From assembly GCA_002726495.1 (NCBI GenBank), contig PBTH01000020.1:6650-70649 (forward strand): a DNA stretch of 64,000 nucleotides. The letters run 5' to 3'. Positions 29,801 to 38,727 of the stretch are shown here, in pieces. The notes beneath the pieces were generated by a model that did not search any database, was not told the DNA's origin, and saw only the letters and a list, made by a program, of their open reading frames with translations. Origin of the DNA: Methanobacteriota archaeon. GTDB lineage: Archaea; Thermoplasmatota; Poseidoniia; Poseidoniales; Poseidoniaceae. The translations under genes were made by a program, and so were the position numbers. Numbering within the stretch: the stretch's first letter is position 1; each line of letters begins with the position of its first letter.

Positions 29801-32210
29801 GAGTTCAACACCAACCGATGGTGAGGAGCGTCATGCTGGTTCGGCAGGTGTTGGACAAGCGGTATCTGTTGTCGTTCAAGATTCGGTTGACCCTCCCCAA
29901 CAAATTACCTTGAATTACTGGGTTGGTTGCCTTGCAAGCGATGCAATCGGTTGCAATGATTACAACTTTGATGGCCTACCAAATGAAGATGAGTATGTGA
30001 GGAAGACGCTGTCTTCCCCTGAAACAAGAGTGGGCGGCATCAATATTTTTGAAGGCCTTATCGATGACTCAATGCTGTTGCATGAGCAGCGAGTTTCTTA
30101 CTTCATCACTGGAAAAGACCAGCAAGATAACGAGATCGCCATGGGCGGTGGCCCAGTCTGTCCCGTGACCAATGTTGTTTGTGGTGACCGTCCTGGAGAA
30201 GTTTTACCAGATTGGTCTGCAGACCTTTCGACGTATTTCATTCGGCAAGAATTTGAACCGATGGTCGACTTGGGTAACTCATCCATTATCGGACATGACG
30301 ATTACGAACCGCTTCACCCTGGCATCCCCTACACCGCACGTATTCTTATCAGTGACCAAAACGGATGGGATGATATCCAATTTATCCAAGTCGCTTTAGG
30401 TGGTGATCTTGACGATGAAGAAGCATCAATGTTCATCACACTTACACCCGATGAAGCCGGCAATCCTGTTGCAGTGATGGAAACCGGTTCCGATTACATC
30501 GCGGTTTCAAATCTATATTCAACCGTTGAACTTGATGAAACAAATCAAAGTATTGTCATCATCCAAGCACGTTTCCAATTGACATGGCAGTTCCCCGAAT
30601 CGTTTGATACAAATGGAGTCTCTCACTTTATACCAAAGGTACTGGTGACGGATTTACCTTGTAATGAAGGAGAAGTTACACCTTGTTTCGAAACCCGCTT
30701 CGGAATGGGCGACGATTGGTGGAGTTTGGACAATGACTTCAGGTTTGACACAGAACAAGGACACATCCGTGCCGTAGAATTACGTAACAGTGAAAATCAT
30801 TACAATTCTGACAACATTGAGACGATTATTGGTGCTGGACAAGCATTGCGTGTAAACGGTCGGGTTTTGTTCTCAGAAGACGAAACGCCTGCGCCAGCAG
30901 GAGCTTTTGATGTTGTCTTCGGAGATTTCGAGAACAACTGGAGAACATCAACCAGAGCCGATGGAGAATTCAGTTTGGACCTTTTGGTACCTTCAGTTCG
31001 CTCAGGTCACCTTGACCTTCGTTTAACGATGGATGACTTACCTGGACTGGCCTTTGATGAAACACCAACTCAACCCCGTGTCCGCCTTGCAGTTGACAGC
31101 GCTCGTCCTACGATTGAGAGCATTGGCCTTAACGGAATTTTACCGGGCTCCCCCATCTCCATTGGTGATGCGTCGAACCTAAAGGTGATGCTTGAGACCA
31201 ATGATGAAAATGGCTTTGATTACAATGAAGCAGCGTTACTCCATTATCGAGTCAAAGCCGGTGAGGCTGAGATTTCTCGCGGCAGTGTTTCTTTGCCCGA
31301 TATCACACCCTTTGGCTCACAATTCTTCTGGAGTGGTGTGCTTGATCTGACCGATTCGGGTGCAACCACATTGTTGCCATCCTACACCGTTGATGTGTGG
31401 GTTTCGGGTTCGGACGAGGCAGGAAATCCGTTCGACACATTCGGAAATTCAATGATTGAACCCTACGCTTCGTGGCCTCTGGCTCTTCTCGGCCCACGCA
31501 TTGACTTGCAGGACGAATCCACCGTGATGCAATGGGACAATCCAAGTCCTTACGAAGGTGAATCTGCATCCATGGTCGTAACAACGAAGAATCTTGCAGG
31601 CGAGGGGGATGTCACCTTCGCTCTCCAACGTTTGGTTGATGGAGGCTTCTGGTCTACATCATCTCAAGTTGCTCTTCAAGTTTCAGAGGGACAACTTCTC
31701 AGTGCGAGTTTACCTGTAGTTGCCGATGTTCCAGCAGGCCAAATCGTTCAATATCGAGTCCTTGTCTTGGTGGATGGTGTTGAGATGGACCGCCACACAG
31801 TTGATTCCCTTTTGGTTAAGGAAGAAACCATTCGTGATGGTGACGCTTTATCTCAACAAGTATCAGAAGATTTGTTCAGTATTACCTTGTTTGTCATTGC
31901 ATTAATCTCAGTGTCATTTGGTCTTTGGGCGATGGTTATGCAACGCCGTATGCTCAATCCTCCGGAGGAAGATGAAGCAGACCAAACCGATGTGGTTGCT
32001 GCGGAAATGGAACAAGATGCGAAAATTATACCCGACCTCGCAGGGTCTCCACCAGTTCCGCCCCAACCCGATATGAGTGCCACACCTCAACTCCCAAGTC
32101 TTGACCGCTCCGTGCCCCCTCCAGTTCCACCTACAGGTTTGCCCAACGGTTGGACTCAAGAGCAATGGGCGTCTTATGGATGGCAATACATCGATGCTCT
32201 AACAAAGTGA
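26823..32210 (+). CDS. Giant surface protein with Asp-box motifs, C-terminal TM, Pro-rich linker and GWTxEQW tag
   Basis: Signal peptide, Asp-boxes SADNGTHW and SNDNGSTW, TM LFSITLFVIALISVSFGLWAMV, tail PPVPPTGLPNGWTQEQWASYGWQYI. Confidence 0.75.
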   Translation: MQGSDTHTFFSRGAFWLLVILMVTTPLSPLTSLISEDSSAASGTRHVYDFHDGSTEYVALYQGANPDLGAKVSLPRGALVTDVSMTLSGASATGWSQILTDTRDHWIDGQESNTDDRSGDLTLSLDSVTESFYPHGFDEVTNANSDAWLDNGSYALRQPHTSNATESLFSQQITKSSSSFMAQSQGAILKHHDWLFLSTWSSSTFSNVVHRLYPNNASRESIITLDQAQCNLPQKHSSSYYGYYGFRDWTVTDDERLFGILSGYRYTYGSNAPVNYHRVMEMDISRDSVWTCIDSYDISAGAGDYTGIAYDRDNDKVWVVHNQGGKIVSYDFSGDGTSTWDRDEKYYTFTSSSSSSRECGQTNQMVRGLEVNSTTFFMRCQKDSYYNDRDQLEAWDISGSAQALIPQSNTRQISRTGYGLQFDGNRFISVDSGYSTWSGATLYYREFGTSWMYDTTPAPGTTTWYGPVTTYVDDVLAANVQTYWSAASIGDRVDYWVSADNGTHWEQVVSNSTIHFDYPGKELVWKAQLIGSTAVSWWVDIDASTQYATSGDWTSPYYNTGTKVGKVRPTWVADLPAGTSLQVVVSNDNGSTWLDAENNVETSFSTDAAGNTLRYAIFLTTNNTDHTPSVDSFTLWYEEGYPDRPMLDVGGDGSYDWEAMIFLNESAVVATDDSQVGVIVKKAPTLIDAFNDYIPENGEGMLDIPIGIKAASSGRIKVSNIDVTYAMQTRAIDASFEGGLASPDGAYRNFITRVAPGDEVDRVTEATIALNHSYGENPSFTWLRGDTCSTNNDGGGIVVFDTANCTSTVDALGVVSIWIPTKVNWSWNDEADLEAIITVKDDLGVAVDQWDTTEMDLVIENDIQLDGLRVWEETGRQLFPMDWVRGGFNLSFAGGLHFQDSQLMPPAGSFSLRVMGQNVTYDGDPMGASVLLHEEVNPAFGEYNLTFVAPIESAPGGMIFYVQAVNLENGSTYSNPGYNTIRLILDGNSPLVLSSTPTDGEERHAGSAGVGQAVSVVVQDSVDPPQQITLNYWVGCLASDAIGCNDYNFDGLPNEDEYVRKTLSSPETRVGGINIFEGLIDDSMLLHEQRVSYFITGKDQQDNEIAMGGGPVCPVTNVVCGDRPGEVLPDWSADLSTYFIRQEFEPMVDLGNSSIIGHDDYEPLHPGIPYTARILISDQNGWDDIQFIQVALGGDLDDEEASMFITLTPDEAGNPVAVMETGSDYIAVSNLYSTVELDETNQSIVIIQARFQLTWQFPESFDTNGVSHFIPKVLVTDLPCNEGEVTPCFETRFGMGDDWWSLDNDFRFDTEQGHIRAVELRNSENHYNSDNIETIIGAGQALRVNGRVLFSEDETPAPAGAFDVVFGDFENNWRTSTRADGEFSLDLLVPSVRSGHLDLRLTMDDLPGLAFDETPTQPRVRLAVDSARPTIESIGLNGILPGSPISIGDASNLKVMLETNDENGFDYNEAALLHYRVKAGEAEISRGSVSLPDITPFGSQFFWSGVLDLTDSGATTLLPSYTVDVWVSGSDEAGNPFDTFGNSMIEPYASWPLALLGPRIDLQDESTVMQWDNPSPYEGESASMVVTTKNLAGEGDVTFALQRLVDGGFWSTSSQVALQVSEGQLLSASLPVVADVPAGQIVQYRVLVLVDGVEMDRHTVDSLLVKEETIRDGDALSQQVSEDLFSITLFVIALISVSFGLWAMVMQRRMLNPPEEDEADQTDVVAAEMEQDAKIIPDLAGSPPVPPQPDMSATPQLPSLDRSVPPPVPPTGLPNGWTQEQWASYGWQYIDALTK

Positions 32211-32220
32211 AGGTGGTTCA

Positions 32221-32667
32221 TTGGACGACGCTACTGAAGGTGTTGATGGGCTTGTCACCCTCCAAGAACGCATGGTGAATCTTATCAATCAACTGAGCAT
32301 GCCGCTTGTTGAGGTTTCACTTGTCCTTCAAAAACACATCAAAGGGCTGTCGCAATCGCTTGACGAATATTTGAATCAAAGCGGGGATGAGGTGCCTGAA
32401 CGTGTATCTCAGCCTTGGCCAATCAATGTTGAACAATCGAATTCCCAAGCCAATTTTTCACTGGAAAAAGTACTCGAAATCGTTGACCATCAGCGCATGG
32501 ACATCCTAGAAGCATTGATTCGGGTGACCCTCATTGAAATTGAAGTCTCTCTCATAGAGGGAATCCTTGCTTTGCGTGCCTGGGAACAACTTGCTCGTAC
32601 CCAACTCGCACAAGCAACTGGTCCGGGCCAACTGTTCTCACCACTGGAAATACCTGAAAACTGGTAG
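32221..32667 (+). CDS. Hypothetical helical cytoplasmic protein
   Basis: TTG start 10 nt after the upstream stop with SD-like GGTGG; fills the gap in an operon-like arrangement. Confidence 0.6.
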   Translation: MDDATEGVDGLVTLQERMVNLINQLSMPLVEVSLVLQKHIKGLSQSLDEYLNQSGDEVPERVSQPWPINVEQSNSQANFSLEKVLEIVDHQRMDILEALIRVTLIEIEVSLIEGILALRAWEQLARTQLAQATGPGQLFSPLEIPENW

Positions 32668-32675
32668 GGATGAGA

Positions 32676-32681
32676 TTCAAA
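32676..32681 (+). promoter_or_regulatory. Putative TATA-like box TTCAAA
   Basis: Begins 29 nt before ATG 32705. Confidence 0.55.
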
Positions 32682-32704
32682 AACCACCGCATAGACCCCT
32701 GTCC

Positions 32705-33493
32705 ATGGGCAAGGACCGAGCGAAGGCAACGTTGTTTGTTCTTATGTTGATGATGACGAGTCTCTCAGGATGTTTTGGAGATGAACTGTCTGATCTGATT
32801 CCAGAACGCAAAGGAATTCCTGGGGGCTTAGCTCTCGCATGCTTACGTGCAGACGCCTACACCTCCATGGTGGTTGAAATTGATTATGAGCCGGGCTACA
32901 GGCCAATGTCCAGCAGTACCGATATGCTTCTTGACCGACTGGAAAGCGTATGCGATAAACCAGATGGTATCACCTTTGATTTTAGTGAAGTTTCCTTTGG
33001 CCACGAAGGCGATTGGACTGCTGATGATGTTAGAGAAAAGGCTTGGGACAATAAAGACAGTTCGCCTCTAGAAGGTTCAACATTGACATGGCAGATCATT
33101 TTCCCATCAGGATATTATGAGGACGATTCTGTTCTGGGCGTAGCAGTTGATGCTTCGTCAATTGCGCTGTTTGGGGATTCGATTGATACTGCCAACGGCC
33201 CCTTTAATCGGCCGTCGGTAGAAGATGTTGAAAACAGTGTAACAGTTCACGAGGTTGGTCATCTGTTGGGGTTGGTTAACCTCGTTTATCAATCTCCAGT
33301 GGACCATGAAGATGAAACCCATAAGGGCCATTCCAATAATGAAGATTCAGTCATGTACTGGGCCGTTGAATCAGCGGACCTTGGAAACATTATTTTTGGT
33401 ACCTTACCCAATGAGTTTGATGATGATGACTTGAACGACCTCTCTGGAATGGCAGACGGTTCAATCAAAGTGACGGATCAACTTTGGAGTTAG
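32705..33493 (+). CDS. Lipoprotein zinc metalloprotease (metzincin-like)
   Basis: Lipobox LSGC, HEVGHLLGL at 33248, Met-turn-like SVMY. Confidence 0.8.
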   Translation: MGKDRAKATLFVLMLMMTSLSGCFGDELSDLIPERKGIPGGLALACLRADAYTSMVVEIDYEPGYRPMSSSTDMLLDRLESVCDKPDGITFDFSEVSFGHEGDWTADDVREKAWDNKDSSPLEGSTLTWQIIFPSGYYEDDSVLGVAVDASSIALFGDSIDTANGPFNRPSVEDVENSVTVHEVGHLLGLVNLVYQSPVDHEDETHKGHSNNEDSVMYWAVESADLGNIIFGTLPNEFDDDDLNDLSGMADGSIKVTDQLWS

Positions 33494-33812
33494 GGTCAAA
33501 AGCCAGTGCATCCCTCCAGGCATCAAATATTGACCAAAGCCATAGGCCAATCCATAGGATGACTGTAAGTGCGAGTGGAATTTGAAGCAGAAACCAGTCA
33601 AACCCTTTGCGATGGTTACGATTAAAATGCTGACCAAGGTAAAGTCCAGGAACAATCGCCAGTAAGGCCGCGATGAGTGGACGGAACGCCCCCCATGTCC
33701 CAACTCCAAAGGTGATTTCTCGCCAAATCTCTTTGACAAGTCGCACTGGCATGAATCCAGAACGCTCATTGGGCGCTTGTGGTGAAAACTGGACGACCAA
33801 ATCTTCTTCCAT
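33465..33812 (-). CDS. Small membrane protein
   Basis: Two hydrophobic segments ending LWLWSIFDAWRDA. Start inferred at ATG 33812. Confidence 0.55.
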   Translation of the reverse strand: MEEDLVVQFSPQAPNERSGFMPVRLVKEIWREITFGVGTWGAFRPLIAALLAIVPGLYLGQHFNRNHRKGFDWFLLQIPLALTVILWIGLWLWSIFDAWRDALAFDPNSKVDPSL

Positions 33813-33906
33813 GACTCCCACTACCTTTTGCTGGCGACGATTGCTTGTCAATCTAACCCCTAAATTATGCCGGATGGATGAAAAACCCAACCTACCTGAG
33901 AATATC

Positions 33907-34920
33907 ATGGGCCCCCTGCGAATTCTCGTTACGGGGTTTGAACCGTTTGGGACGCATCAATACAATCCAAGTCAAGAGGTTGCTCTTGGACTAGAAGGTC
34001 ACCATCACCTTAGCATTGCTGGAAGCGAGATGTCAATCAATGCTGAAATCACCTCAAGAGTGCTCACCGTTGATGAACATGGAGCAATTCAAACGGCGAA
34101 TTCACTCGCTTCAGGAGAATCATGGGATGCGATTTTACACATTGGGCTGTGTGATTCTTGTATTCACCCCCGAGTGGAACAACGGGCTCAGCAGCGTCTA
34201 AGCATGCGGATTCCTGACAACAGCGGTAGGATGTTGCATGAACAGCATATCGATGGAAGAGGAGATACGGGTTGTTGGATTGACATCAGTACATGGAAGA
34301 AGCAGGATTTCTCGTGTGATTTTGAGCTTTCCTACGATGCAGGGTTATTTGTCTGTAATGAGACCTATTATCATACACTCCATGCTTTGCAACTTCATTC
34401 AGCGTTGCAGTTACCACCTCCATGTCTCTTTCTCCATATTCCTCCAACCGAACATCTATCGGTTGCTTCAGCCTCACAATTTGCCCTTGATTGCATTGCT
34501 ACCATGGTTCTTCCATCTCCCAATCCAATTGTCGAAGTTGTTGCAGGTCTGGTGACAAATAAACAAGGGCAGGTACTTCTTGCTCAGCGCAGTGACGACC
34601 ATACTTGGGAATTTCCAGGTGGGAAATGCGAACCAAATGAAAATTGGGCAGATGCCATGGAACGCGAACTTCTTGAAGAGCTGAATGTCAAAGTAGAAGC
34701 CAATAGAATTCTAGGTACTTGGGAACATCTGAGAAATGGTTCTATGCTACGAATACACCTCATTGACTGCTCAATATCGTTTGGTCAACCAAGAGCGGAT
34801 CCTTCCGTACATGCATCATTGATGTGGTGTGACCCTCTTGACCATGAGAGCATGAACTGGACAGGTAGGGACGGTGCCATGATGGAGTACATTGCAAAGT
34901 ACAATTCAATGCCACGTTGA
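33907..34920 (+). CDS. Pyroglutamyl-peptidase I (C15) fused to a MutT-like NUDIX hydrolase
   Basis: ILVTGFEPFG...NPS, RVE, DAGLFVCN and FLHIP supply the Glu/Cys/His triad. Nudix box GGKCEPNENWADAMERELLEELNV. Confidence 0.88.
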   Translation: MGPLRILVTGFEPFGTHQYNPSQEVALGLEGHHHLSIAGSEMSINAEITSRVLTVDEHGAIQTANSLASGESWDAILHIGLCDSCIHPRVEQRAQQRLSMRIPDNSGRMLHEQHIDGRGDTGCWIDISTWKKQDFSCDFELSYDAGLFVCNETYYHTLHALQLHSALQLPPPCLFLHIPPTEHLSVASASQFALDCIATMVLPSPNPIVEVVAGLVTNKQGQVLLAQRSDDHTWEFPGGKCEPNENWADAMERELLEELNVKVEANRILGTWEHLRNGSMLRIHLIDCSISFGQPRADPSVHASLMWCDPLDHESMNWTGRDGAMMEYIAKYNSMPR

Positions 34921-35421
34921 GGCTTCTCCGTCGTCCAACATTGCTCGTTCGTCGTCGACTGTCCGGGGAACTTGAGTGCGGCCGTTATGCCATGTTGCTG
35001 CTTCCAGCCATTCTTTCAATCCATTTCCACTCAGTTGGATACTGATTAAACCTCCAAGAGGTTCCTTGCCAAGGATTGCAAACGAGACCTTCTCGTTGAT
35101 GGCTGCTTGCCGTGAAATAGAAAATTCAGTTTGGTCGTTGGCGAGATTACGGCTCATGCAATCAAGGGCGGTGTCCAATATTCGCTGTTCGTGGAGGGCA
35201 GCAAGAAATGTCTGCATAGAGAGGTTTTCAAACGTCCATGCTGCACTGGAAGGGGCGCCAAATTTGGGTTCATCTGGGAGAAGTTCTAATGTTGCATCGG
35301 GAAAAAACGAGTGAATGGATTGCATCACACGCTGAGGAGAGTCAGCACCTGAAAGAACCGTGACAACCGTTGTTGTCAACCCCTCTCCTGTACCGGTCAG
35401 GCGTAAACGTGGTTCATCCAT
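34906..35421 (-). CDS. UPF0201/DUF54-like archaeal RNA-binding domain protein
   Basis: LHEQRILDTA...ISRQAA...KVSF...EPLGG.I pattern. Start inferred at ATG 35421. Confidence 0.65.
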   Translation of the reverse strand: MDEPRLRLTGTGEGLTTTVVTVLSGADSPQRVMQSIHSFFPDATLELLPDEPKFGAPSSAAWTFENLSMQTFLAALHEQRILDTALDCMSRNLANDQTEFSISRQAAINEKVSFAILGKEPLGGLISIQLSGNGLKEWLEAATWHNGRTQVPRTVDDERAMLDDGEASTWH

Positions 35422-35509
35422 AGTCGACCGAGTCGTTCTGCCTTCAAGAAGGTGCTGTGGAACCAAATCTAAGGCGAAGTGTGAAAATCTAAACAGGATT
35501 CCACGGTTT

Positions 35510-36547
35510 ATGGACCAACCAAAAGGCCCCTCCATCGCCACGGTTATTCCTGTCCTCAATGAGGTAAAACACATTGAATCATGCTTGAATGCATTGCTCC
35601 ATCAAACCGTTTCACATGAGTCCCACATGATCATCGTCATGGACGGTGGTTCCACCGATGGGACTCAAGAGCGTGTCCAACAATTGATTGAACGGTCAAA
35701 GGCTTCATCGTCGCCACGGCTTGAGATCTATGATAATCCGGGAATGACCGTTGCTCATGCCAGGAATCTTTCTCTTGATTATTTACCCGATTCAGTAGAA
35801 TACATCATTGAACTCATCGGCCATTCCACGGTTGAATCCGACCATATTGAACAGCGGCTCAAAGCATGGAAGGTGAGTGAAAATAAGGCAGGGCACGAGT
35901 TAGCCGGAGTGGGCTGTCGAGTCGTCAAGCGCACTGGAGAATTGAAAGGAACTGAACATTGGATCGAGGGATGCCTCGCTTCACCGTTTGGACACAGTGA
36001 TGGGCAATTCAGCCAATTCAATGAAAACGGTCCAACTCAAATTCCTGCTTTTGTTATGCACCGGAGAACGGCAATTGAATCGGTCGGGGGTTGGGATGAA
36101 CGTTTCATTACAAGTCAAGACAGTGAACTCTCAATGCGACTTTTGGATGCAGGGCATGCACTCTATCGGCATCCAGAACCAACCGTGAGTATGGTCAAGC
36201 GCACTCGGCTACAACAATGGTGGCGAATGGGGCATCGTTACGGTTTTTGGAGGACGAAAGTTCTCCTCAAACATCCAAAGCGAGCTCAAATTACCGAGTT
36301 TTTACCTCTGCTTGGTTTAGTTCTCATGCTGTCACTTTTTGTCTCGGGGCAGGCCATGTGGTGGGCACCAGTGCCCATTTATCTTGCAGTACTCTTGATC
36401 GAAGGGGTCCGCCACAGTCTTCAAACACGAAATATATCTTCAGTATTTGGTGTTCCGATTTGTTTGGTCATGCTTCATACAAGTTTCACAATTGGACTTG
36501 CTGATGGTTTAGTGAGAAAGGGAAGGTCTCCTAAGGACCGCAACTAA
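35510..36547 (+). CDS. GT2 family glycosyltransferase (ExoA-like) with C-terminal TM helices
   Basis: VIPVLNE, MDGGSTDGT, ARN, VGGWDE, QDSEL.RL and RYGFWR motifs. Confidence 0.85.
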   Translation: MDQPKGPSIATVIPVLNEVKHIESCLNALLHQTVSHESHMIIVMDGGSTDGTQERVQQLIERSKASSSPRLEIYDNPGMTVAHARNLSLDYLPDSVEYIIELIGHSTVESDHIEQRLKAWKVSENKAGHELAGVGCRVVKRTGELKGTEHWIEGCLASPFGHSDGQFSQFNENGPTQIPAFVMHRRTAIESVGGWDERFITSQDSELSMRLLDAGHALYRHPEPTVSMVKRTRLQQWWRMGHRYGFWRTKVLLKHPKRAQITEFLPLLGLVLMLSLFVSGQAMWWAPVPIYLAVLLIEGVRHSLQTRNISSVFGVPICLVMLHTSFTIGLADGLVRKGRSPKDRN

Positions 36548-36602
36548 GCACAACAAGCCCATAGATACTTGAGTGCAGTTCGTGACAGGGAGAGCGAGGA
36601 AG

Positions 36603-37538
36603 ATGGAGAGTCCACGCAGTTTTACTTCACGTGGCTTAGCATTGCTACCCTTACTGATCATGGGTGCATGCCATCTATCTCTTCCCCCTTTACAAAGTAT
36701 GTTTGACCTTGAACCTCGACTTATGTATGGCTGGTATGGGACGTCCTTGGTTCTAGGATTTATCATATTTAGAAAGACGAGAGTGGTCAAGGATTTTGAA
36801 TACAATCGTGTCAAAGCAATGAAGAAAATTAAGCATGTTTACGATGCAGAAGAGCGAGGTGTATGGAATACTGATGTACAACTTGACTCGGCCATGGACA
36901 ATGTAACGAAAGCAGGTTTGGTTCAGCCAGTTTCCAATCTTTCTCATGAAGCTCCCGAAATGCAGGTTCCTGAGGATAATGAAATCGAGGTGAGCATGCT
37001 CAATGAAGCCTCCCACATCGTCAAAGCAAATTCACGTGTCAGTGGAGGTGTTTCATTTGATGAAGAACAAATTACAGGGACCATCGGTGCAGTTCGTAAA
37101 CCGACTCCAATGGACCGAATGTTCGATATGATTTCATCCCTCTTTGGAAGAGATGCTCGTGCAGAGCGTGAAGAAAAACGCCAAGCACGCCTACGAGCAG
37201 CAGCTGCATCTGCACCGGTAATTGCTCAACGGCCTGTTGCACCATTACGGGTTGAAGGTGAACGTGATGATGTCAAAGTTAACATGACAAGTTACAGTGA
37301 TTCAGGTGGAGTCAGTACTGTAATTTCATCATCTGGTGAGGAAATTAATGACGATATAATGCCTCAGAAGCAGACTCAATCTGTTCCAAGCGAATCGTAT
37401 GAGCCAATGGCAATGCTTGGGACAACCATCACTCCGGCTCAGCCGCCGTCCTCACCCCAAGGGAATATTTGCAGAGGATGCAATTCTCCCGTGAGTATCG
37501 GTGAACGATTTTGCCCACATTGTGGCCTTGATATTTGA
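36603..37538 (+). CDS. Membrane-anchored protein with C-terminal zinc ribbon
   Basis: N-terminal TM(s) and C-terminal CRGC...FCPHCG. Start uncertain (36573, 36603 or 36699). Confidence 0.65.
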   Translation: MESPRSFTSRGLALLPLLIMGACHLSLPPLQSMFDLEPRLMYGWYGTSLVLGFIIFRKTRVVKDFEYNRVKAMKKIKHVYDAEERGVWNTDVQLDSAMDNVTKAGLVQPVSNLSHEAPEMQVPEDNEIEVSMLNEASHIVKANSRVSGGVSFDEEQITGTIGAVRKPTPMDRMFDMISSLFGRDARAEREEKRQARLRAAAASAPVIAQRPVAPLRVEGERDDVKVNMTSYSDSGGVSTVISSSGEEINDDIMPQKQTQSVPSESYEPMAMLGTTITPAQPPSSPQGNICRGCNSPVSIGERFCPHCGLDI

Positions 37539-37595
37539 TGGATATTCCGTGAGATTCAAAGGTGTCCTGTTCTCGTCGTGAAACGGGGCGACGCC

Positions 37596-38726
37596 ATGGC
37601 AGACAAACGAGACTACTACGAAGTCTTGGGAGTTGAACGTTCTGCCAGCGAAAGTGACCTCAAGAACGCCTTCCGGCGCCTTGCTCGTAAATACCACCCA
37701 GATCGCAGCACTGAAGAGGATGCTGAAGACCGATTTAAGGAAATTCAGGAAGCATATGCCATCCTTTCTGACCAGCAAAAGCGAGCACAGTACGATCGGT
37801 TTGGTCATGACAGTCCACAGGGGAATCCATTTGGTGGTTTCGGAGGTGGAGGATTCAACATCAACCTCGAAGATTTACTTGGAGGCGATTTCTTCTCAAG
37901 CATGTTTGGTGGTGGTGGAAGAGGAAGGACCCGTCAACGTAGGGGAAGTGACATTCTCATTCGTCACTCAATCGACTTGAAACATGTACTGGAACAATCC
38001 GAACAAGAAGTCATTATCGAACTACCAGAGGCATGCGATTCATGCGCAGGATCCGGGGCACAAGACGGTGAGATGACGTCCTGCACGAAATGTGCTGGAC
38101 AGGGTCAGGTACGCGTTCGTCAACAAGTTGGTCCCTTCATTCAGCAATCGGTTCAACCATGCGATGAATGTTCGGGAAGAGGCAGTATAAGCGAAAACCC
38201 GTGCCGTGAATGCGCTGGAAGCGGGCAAGAAATGAAGAGCAAGACATTGAGATTTAACATCCCACTCGGTGCAGAGGACGGTACACGATTGCGGATGCGA
38301 GGAAACGGTGAACCTGCACCTCAAGGCCAAGGAGAACCTGGAGATTTGTTTATTGAATTAGAGATTGAGCAACACCCTTGGTTTGAACGAAGCGGCGCCG
38401 ATCTCATCATGTCCTTGCCTCTTGGATACTCAGATATGGTGACTGGGACTACAATTACACTGGAACATCTTGATGGCAAATCACTGGACATCAAAATCCC
38501 AGCCATGTCAAATTCAGGTGAAACCATCACGATAAAGAAGCGAGGATTGCCACGCCAGCGAGGAAGCGGTCGTGGTGATGTTATTGTTCTTCTCAAATTG
38601 CACATGCCGAAGAAAATTTCCAAGGCTACGAAAAAGGCACTCTCTGCTTTGAAGGAAAACCTCTCGCCAGCTGATACTAAGCAGAGCATACTGGATGATG
38701 CAGTGGACCGAAGGGCAGGCTCGTGA
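37596..38726 (+). CDS. dnaJ: Molecular chaperone DnaJ
   Basis: J-domain with HPD, G/F region, four CxxCxGxG repeats and a C-terminal domain. Confidence 0.97.
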   Translation: MADKRDYYEVLGVERSASESDLKNAFRRLARKYHPDRSTEEDAEDRFKEIQEAYAILSDQQKRAQYDRFGHDSPQGNPFGGFGGGGFNINLEDLLGGDFFSSMFGGGGRGRTRQRRGSDILIRHSIDLKHVLEQSEQEVIIELPEACDSCAGSGAQDGEMTSCTKCAGQGQVRVRQQVGPFIQQSVQPCDECSGRGSISENPCRECAGSGQEMKSKTLRFNIPLGAEDGTRLRMRGNGEPAPQGQGEPGDLFIELEIEQHPWFERSGADLIMSLPLGYSDMVTGTTITLEHLDGKSLDIKIPAMSNSGETITIKKRGLPRQRGSGRGDVIVLLKLHMPKKISKATKKALSALKENLSPADTKQSILDDAVDRRAGS

Positions 38727-38727
38727 T

